From: Octopus vulgaris
Lineage: Eukaryota
Direction: 5' to 3'
NCBI GenBank assembly: GCA_951406725.2
Contig: OX597833.1
Span: forward strand, 15,748,001-15,812,000
Length of the DNA: 64,000 nucleotides
This document shows, piece after piece, positions 55,959-64,000 of the stretch (positions are counted from its first letter, which is position 1; each line of letters starts with the position of its first letter). Below the pieces are notes generated by a model. The model ran no database searches. It worked only from the letters and a program-made list of their open reading frames with translations, and had not been told where the DNA came from. The position numbers and the translations under genes were made by a program.

Positions 55959-56164
55959 TATATTGTTTGTAATAATTTAAAATTTCATGAACTGATCTTA
56001 TTCGGGACATCACTCTTGCATTTTCGTTCTGAAATCTGAAATGGCCGGCGAAGAATTTTTGTCTGCTAGTAGATCGCATAATCTCGCTTTCCATGATCGA
56101 GATTTTTTAACAGAGAAAGAGAGAGTTGCACAAACATTAGCATGGTTTTCGATTCTAGCACTTT

Positions 56165-56559
56165 TACTCTTTTCTCTCTTTTACTTGTTTCAGTCATTTG
56201 ACTGCGGCCATGCTGGAGCACCGCCTTTTTATCGAGCAACTCGACCCCGGGACATATTCTTTTGTAAGCCCAGTACTTATTCTATCGGTCTGTTTTGCCG
56301 AACCGCTAGGTAACGACATAAACACAACAGCATCGGTTGTCAAGCAATGATAGGAGGACAAACATAGACACACAAACATATATATACATATATACGACGG
56401 GCTTCTTTCAGTTTCCGTCTACCAAATCCACTCACAAGGCTTTGGTCGGCCCGATGCTATAGTAGAAGACACTTGCCCAAGGTGCCACGCAGTGGGACTG
56501 AACCCGGAACCATGTGGTTGGTAAACAAGCTACTTACCACACAGCCACTCCTGCGCCTA
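56165..56559 (-). mobile_element. SINE A, full length
   Basis: Family match. Confidence 0.92.
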
Positions 56560-57035
56560 TGTGTGAAGATTGGAACAACGGGAAATAAAGCGCTTTGTTA
56601 AAGATCACTCAATTGACACCTTGACCAGAAGACGAACCCAATAATTTACGATCATGGAACTCCTAGAAAATGTGATATTTTGAGCGATAACGATGTAGTT
56701 CACGCTTTCTAGTGTGACACTGAGAACATCTGTTACATTAACGCGTCAAATCTCACCAAAATGCCAACGAGTGAACAATCAAACTATTTAGATTGGGGTA
56801 ACATTCTTAATTGGTTTATTCATATTATTCCATATGTTTCTGATTTATTATGTTTGCCCGATTTATGAAGTCAGCTTATAGTTAAAATTTATTGCACTTT
56901 ATTATGAACTAGCAGTATAACCCGCCCTTAACCGGGATTAAGTTATGATTATTAAGCTAATCAAGTTCTTTATTTCAAACCAAACTAAGTAATATAGACG
57001 TCAAATTTGGGTGAAATCCGTTGAAATTAGTTATG

Positions 57036-57093
<58 letters not shown>

Positions 57094-57220
57094 AGAGAAG
57101 AACGAGATGGACGCTTCAATTCTATGCTGCTGCCGCATTATGTCGTACGCGAATGAGAGGATTTGCATCCCCAACCAAGGATTTTTGATGTAACACATGT
57201 CCTTGTGGAAGTTGTTGTGC

Positions 57221-57298
57221 GCGGCTGAAGAAGGCCACAGACATACATTATGCATTGTTATAAATCTGTCTAATAAAGGCCCGAAACATATGTACCGC
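57221..57298 (+). ncRNA. Type I hammerhead ribozyme candidate inside a ~245-bp insert (57091-57335) in (TA)n
   Basis: GCGG-CUGAAGA-AGGCC...GGCCC-GAAA-CAUAUG-UA-CCGC; distal CCAAGGAUU/AAUCCUUGG helix. Confidence 0.75.
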
Positions 57299-57331
57299 TG
57301 AATCCTTGGCATCATGTTTTTATTTTGATCA

Positions 57332-57380
<49 letters not shown>

Positions 57381-57522
57381 AAATGAGAAAATGGAGAAAT
57401 ATATCTAGATCAATCATCAACTTTCAGATAATACCCAATCAATACTTTATTAAACCACTACATAATAGCAATGATATTATACATTAATATAGTACAAATA
57501 TAACAAGACATAGAAATACATT

Positions 57523-57586
<64 letters not shown>

Positions 57587-58488
57587 CATATATACATATA
57601 TATATATATTGTATATATTATATATATATAATATAATATAAATATATATGGCCAACAGACACGAACATACATACACACACGTACTTACATCTATTGCATG
57701 TTTTGTGCACGCATACATGTTCATAAACAGAAATGAATGGAAAAATGTTGTTAAATTTGCAGATTAACACTCGCTCGATTTTCACTGAGAAAAAATCGGT
57801 CTTTGTTTTGCGTGGAATCAACTACTCTGGCCTCAAAACCCTTTTTGTGGTCCGTGAAACGGAGTGGGATGTGGTGGAAGCCTCGCAAATTGTACCCATT
57901 TATATAGTGTAATTCACTGACAAATTGTTACTCACCTCTTTGTTTCTTTGTTGTTAAATTAATGGATTGTCAACAAAACACTTTTTTACTCGGTGTAAAA
58001 TAAAAACAAAACTCTTTCGCACCCAAATAAATGTGTGTGAGAGAAAGAGTGTGGAGAAAGATGAAAGATTTAAAATAAATAAATGATTTAAAATAAATAT
58101 ATTGTAGTTGTTGTGTAAGGAAGTATATATACTATGATTATAAAATACCGTATCTTTCAAAAACAAAAAACAAAACATTTTACATTTTATTTTTTATGAA
58201 CGTCATAACTTACTCTCTCTCTCTCTCACTCACTTTGACTTTCCCGTGAAACACTCTGCCTCCTTCTTCCACTTTTCTTTATCTTTTTTTTTGTTAGACG
58301 CCATCAAAAAAGCTAAGACTGATCATTTTTGTGGCTAAAAGCTATGTCTGAAAATAGATATTTACGCTATCCACGGGTGCCTCGGGGAAAAAATAAGTCG
58401 ACAAAACCCAGATAGGGTGTTCACAAATGTGTTCCTAAAATTGGAGCGACATGCGTGCTAATTTGTGGACGTGCATAAATTACAATCA

Positions 58489-58532
<44 letters not shown>

Positions 58533-59724
58533 CATCATCCCTTTTATAGATATGATTTTATATGTGTTGGGTCAACTCGTCGTTCTGAATTCCTTCAACT
58601 TGTTCAACCACTCTAGCTTGAATACTTACTCATTAGATCAAAGTGATATTTGTTTTCATATTGAAGAAGCGTTTTACCAGATACCAAGCGATTTATGAGC
58701 TCTGCCTTTATTCACAAACCCGTCTTTTAGAAACACTCGTTTTCGTTTCTAATCAATAGGTTACACGTTAATATCTTCATGATAAACATTATTTCAGTCA
58801 TTCCAAATTTAGAGGACACTTCAAGCCGTTATATGAAATCAATACATTTTAAGCTTTGGACCATTTAATTGAAGATATCCTAATGTTTCACACGATTCTT
58901 TGATAATTGCATGTCATCTCTGTGTCTTATTTGAATAATCTAAACGTCTGCATATGATTCCTTACTTCCATTATTTTCTTTCTTCAATTTTACAAATTTT
59001 ACGAACGACAATCTCTACTCTTCTAATCTTCAAAATAAAAACGTCGAATGCAGAGAATTTCTGATATTTAGATAATAATCTGACCCTTTCATCCATTATC
59101 CATTTCATTAAGGGACAGAGAAATGGCATTATCGCAAATCCTATACTATTAAATTTTATTACTTCATTTTCCATGATTTACAATATTCAAGAATCCATAA
59201 TAACCATCATGCCTGTCTTTGATAAAAAACAAATGTAATTCGTTAATGCGTTGTTCTTTTATTGTTTGTAACTAAAGTCTAAATGTTCGTTCATCCTTGC
59301 TCTAGTAGCGAAGTAATGCAACCAAGCTACCATCACCAGCCAGTGTTGCCATGCAAAGTTTAGATGTTATTAATAGACGATGCTATTGCCATGTTCCACT
59401 GTATCTTAATAAAGGCATATTTGCTCGCGATTCTATAGAGGAAGAAATGTTATTCGACAGAACAGATTTGAAAATTACACAGGCGTGGATAGGAGCAGAC
59501 ATGGCTGCGTGTTTAAGAAGCTCGCAGACCCACTTTGCGACACATTGTTTCACCATAGGATCCCCAGTGCTTTGTACGTTATTTAGAAGACGTATAAATA
59601 TGTGGAAGCCAGTCGTATATATGAATCTATCTGTCTATCTATTTATCTATAAGTCTATCTATCTGTTTCTTTATCTATCTATTTATCTCTATGTATTTAT
59701 CTACATATCTATCTATATTTCGCC

Positions 59725-59915
59725 ATGATAGATCGCTAGCCCCTAAACCTTTTTCTATTTTCTCTCCCTGTTTATTTCTGTGCTCCTTTCTGTCGAAGAG
59801 CGAAGGCTCGAAACGTAAAGGACTTTCATACTTCCCGAGCAATAAACTAATGCATCTGTTTTTTTGTTTACACACCCGTCTTCGTCTTTTGTGTTTTTTG
59901 TAAATTCACACACTA
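59725..59915 (+). mobile_element. Hammerhead-like element family F
   Basis: CUUU-CUGUCGA-A-GAGC(GAAG)GCUC-GAAA-CG-UA-AAGG at 59785-59821, with a variant core. Confidence 0.6.
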
Positions 59916-59930
59916 TGTATATATATATAT

Positions 59931-60218
59931 ATCACCGTGATCACCGTGACCGACCAGGCTATCAGATGTTGTTACACATCGCTGGTCACAATGCGCTTCG
60001 CATTGTTTTATCCTTCAAATGACGCCACCCCACTGGCTAAGCGAGCAGGCCAACAGAAGAAAGAGTGAGAGAAAGTTGTGGTGAAAGAGTACAGCATGGA
60101 TCGCCACCACCTCCTGCCGGAGCCTCGTGGAGAATTAGGTGTTTTCGCTCAATAAACACTCACAACGCCCGGTCTGGGAATCGAAACCGCCATCCTACGA
60201 CCGCGAATCCGCTGCTTC

Positions 60219-60220
<2 letters not shown>
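59931..60220 (-). mobile_element. SINE B head with alternative tail, in (TA)n
   Basis: Matches 28577-28883. Confidence 0.85.
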
Positions 60221-60269
<49 letters not shown>

Positions 60270-60305
60270 ATATAATGATAATAAATAAATAAATAAATAA
60301 ATAAA

Positions 60306-60553
60306 TGCGCCCTTTTAAAGCCTAGCCAGGCTCATGGCCCCGGTTTCCTGGTTTCAATGGCGTATGTGTTCCCCAGCTGGACAGGATTCCAGTCCATCGC
60401 AGCGTTACTCATTTTTGCCAGCTGAGTGGACTGGAGCAGCGGGAAATGAAGTGTTTTGCTCAAGAACACAACGCGTCGCCCGGTTCAGGAATCGAAACCA
60501 CAATCTTACGATCATGATGCTGACACCCTAACCACTAAGCCATGCGCCTCCAC
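60306..60553 (-). mobile_element. CORE-like SINE with V-domain-like tail ending in (TTTA)n
   Basis: tRNA head, CORE-like block, CTGCGATGGACTGG..TCCTGTCCAG. Confidence 0.75.
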
Positions 60554-60649
60554 ATATATATATATATATATATATCCAGCTATCTATCTATCTATCTTTT
60601 CATCTACCTCTCCATCAATCTGTCTATCAAAGGTTCTATCTTTTATATG

Positions 60650-60747
60650 CGTATGTTTGTGTGTGTGTATCTGTATGTTTGTGCGTGTGTGTGTGTATGT
60701 GTGTATGTGTGTGTGTGTATGTGTGTGTATGTGTGTATGTGTGTGTA

Positions 60748-60786
<39 letters not shown>

Positions 60787-60954
60787 TTGTGTGTTTGTAT
60801 GTGTGTGTGTGTGTGAGTGTGTGTGTGTTTGTGTGTGTGTTTGTGTGTGTGTGTGTATGTGTGTGTGTGTTTGTGTATCTGTATGTTTGTGCATGTGTGT
60901 GTGTATGTGTGTATGTGTGTGTGTGTTTGTGTATGTGTGTATGTGTGTGTGTAC

Positions 60955-61022
<68 letters not shown>

Positions 61023-61045
61023 GTGTGTTTTGTGTGTGCGTTTGC
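60650..61045. repeat. Compound (TG)n microsatellite
   Basis: Direct reading. Confidence 0.95.
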
Positions 61046-61646
61046 GTTTGTTCATCAACCCATTAGGTTTACATTCTAGCAACTTAGCGTTTCGGGGAAG
61101 ATAGAAAAAAGAGAAACGGCAGGATAAACAGCATACTTATAAAACTAAATATAGAGTTCGAATTTGTTCAACTAAACTCGTCCAGCTGCTATACGAAACA
61201 AATGAAAATTGAATCCTTTGCTGAGTGACAGCGCAAGTAACTGACACAACACTTTATATTGGGGTTAGATATTTCATAAATCTCGAAACAATGACATTCG
61301 CATTGATTAATGGCAAGTTTTAAATGCACAATCATCAGTGATAAAACTGTACAGAGGAAAGTAATGAGTAACTTTGCCTTACGCATTCAGCAAGAAATAA
61401 TTAAACTAAATTAAATCAATTAAAATCAATGATTAATATAACGAATTGGTTACGTGTCTTACTAGCAATTACATTATATACATTAGTCAGTTGCCAATTA
61501 ATTTTTTTTTTAATCAATGAATGCGTTCTGAATTAACACGTCGACTGTGTGTGCAGTATGAAGACATAAATAAATCATTGTTCAAAGATAAGATTTCTCG
61601 TATTGTACTATTGACATACATTGGCCTACATATATATGTATATACG

Positions 61647-61694
<48 letters not shown>

Positions 61695-61700
61695 TACATA

Positions 61701-61811
<111 letters not shown>

Positions 61812-61864
61812 CATATATATTCTATATATATATATATATATATATATACATACATATATATTCT

Positions 61865-62030
61865 ATTATTTGTTTCAGTCCCTTGACTGCAGCCATGCTG
61901 TAGCACCGCCTTGAGCCAAATTAATTGACCATAGGACTTATTCTATGTAAGCTACAGCTAAGTAAACACACCATCATCGGATGCAAAGCAATGGTGGACG
62001 GACAGACACAGACACAGAAATACATACATA

Positions 62031-62069
<39 letters not shown>

Positions 62070-62560
62070 GACGGGCTTCTCTCAGTTTCCTTCTATCAAT
62101 CCACACACAAGGCTTTGGTCGACCTGAGACTATAGTAGAAGACACTTACCTAAGGTGACATGAAGTGGAACAGAACCCTGAACTATGGATTGGGAAACAA
62201 ACTTCTTATCACACAACCACTACTGCGCCTTATTTCAGTCATTAGACTGTGGCCATACTGGGGCACCGCCTTGAGGAATTTTAGTCAAGCTAATTGACAA
62301 CAGTACATATTTCTCTTTCAAGCCTGGAATATATTCTATGGTTTTTTCTTTGTTTTTTTTTTTGCCGAATCGCTAAGAGACGGAGATGTAAATATACCAA
62401 ATGTTCAGTCGGTGGTGGGGAAGAAACACAAACACAAAGACACACAAATAAGGCCCAGATGTCTTGTGTGTGTTTCTGTCTAACAAATTCATTAACAAGG
62501 CGCAGGTCGTTCCGACGCTATAGTAGAAGACGCTTGTTCCAGGCTTCACGCCGTACGACG
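61865..62560 (-). mobile_element. Two adjacent diverged SINE A copies
   Basis: 61865-62230 and 62232-62560 family matches. Confidence 0.75.
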
Positions 62561-62759
62561 CCCACCAGAACCCTGTTGTTGAGAACGATTTTAACTTTTG
62601 ATCCTTTCGGAGTCGATGAAACAAGTACCAGTGGAGCACTGGGGTCGATGTAATCGACTTAACCAAGGCACCAAAATTGCCGGCCTTGTGCCAAAATTTG
62701 AGCACAATATATACATATATATATGTGTGTGTGGGTGGGTGTATATATATATATATATA

Positions 62760-63017
62760 TACATAAATATAAGAGGGAATTTCTTAACCACTATGTGGAA
62801 ACCTTTATGCTAGAAGAAGATCCGCTATGGTCTTAACCACTAAGAATTGTTCTCCAGAAAATTTAGCACACCAGAAACCTAAGCGAGCAAGAAAATTGAA
62901 AAGGAACAAAAATATAGATTAATCATAAACAATTGTTTCAAAGACCACAGAGGATCTTCTTCTAGCATAACGGCTTCCACATAGTGATTAAAAAAAATTC
63001 CGACTTATATTTATGTA
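62760..63017 (-). mobile_element. (TA)-flanked element with ~75-bp inverted repeats and a hammerhead-like motif
   Basis: 62760-62834 is inverted relative to 62941-63017; minus strand UUAUG-CUAGAAGA-AGAUC/GGUCU-UU-GAAA-CAAUUG-UU-UAUGA. Confidence 0.65.
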
Positions 63018-63117
63018 TGAAATACTATTTACTGAATATCAGTTTTTTCTTTTAACATGCTACACTTCTGGTTTTAAAATTGATGTTATCAAATTAATAT
63101 CCAATTTTTTCACCCCC

Positions 63118-63264
<147 letters not shown>

Positions 63265-63526
63265 TATACGTTTAAATATTTGTTGTGCAAGATTTTTTTT
63301 ATGTAAACACGTGAACAAAATAAGAATAAACAAAAACAAAATACAAATTACATGAACACGTATAAACAGAAGATACAAATATTACAGGCATCCCCCACAT
63401 ACACACACTAAATAAACATAAACGCACATAGAGATATAAGCATGCGCAAATGAAGACATAGAATAGAAATACAAAATGGCTAACGGTTAGTAAGGAGAGA
63501 CACAAATAAGAAAGATGAAAACAAAG

Positions 63527-63570
63527 GACCACTGATGCGGTCACAGGAGTGTGACGAAAGAACTTTGGCC
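63527..63570 (+). ncRNA. Hammerhead-like motif with one core substitution
   Basis: GACCA-CUGAUGC-G-GUCAC(AGGAGU)GUGAC-GAAA-GAAC-UU-UGGCC. Confidence 0.5.
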
Positions 63571-64000
63571 GAAATAAGATTAAGATTAATGTAAAAAATA
63601 AATAACACTGAAGCAAAATAATACCAAATATATAGTGCGTGTGTTTTTATTGGCTAAACTGGCAATATATATATAATACGCGCAGAAATTCCCTACATTT
63701 ATATTAACAGCCGAAGGTCACATGTGTATGTAAATTTAGTAGCCAGTGTTTTAAAACCAGTCTTAAATAATACCTGACTTATTTTTTAGCATAAGACGTT
63801 TCTTAAAATGTATACAACCATTGAAATGTCAACGGGGAAAATGAAAGAATGCATTTTATTTTCCACGCTCGCGTATAAACGTATAAACATTTCGTTGTTT
63901 TATTGGTAGTTTCATATTTTTAAACTTGATCAACAAGCACAATTTCAACCTTTTAAAATGTTCTGTTATTTCAACACTGCTTCAATTAAGCAACTTCAAT

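Noticed and set aside
58560-59174. Possible CR1-like remnant and ORF 58971-59174
   Set aside because: Only faint similarity with many stops; not supportable without a search

Overview
AT-rich, repeat-saturated animal genomic DNA with no protein-coding gene I can support. The microsatellite load and SINE families look like an octopus (coleoid cephalopod) intron or intergenic region; that assignment is an inference. Almost all ORFs in the track are microsatellite or SINE artefacts. The window holds about 35 copies or fragments of four tRNA-headed SINE types (called A-D here) with swapped tails. It also holds three internally deleted mariner copies, a decayed DD37D (maT-type) element, a decayed Tc1-like transposase, several MITEs, and LINE fossils (RTE, R4/Dong-like, CR1-like, Tx1-like). 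Two things stand out. (1) About ten minimal type I hammerhead-ribozyme motifs from at least seven unrelated non-coding elements, mostly sitting in (TA)n arrays with Penelope-like inverted or tandem repeats. (2) A group of related Tx1-like 3' tails with apparent target preference: one inserted three times at the same nucleotide of the SINE-A head, one in (GATA)n, and one carried by SINE-D, which forms tandem arrays at its own internal GGTATT site. All alignments and folds were done by eye.
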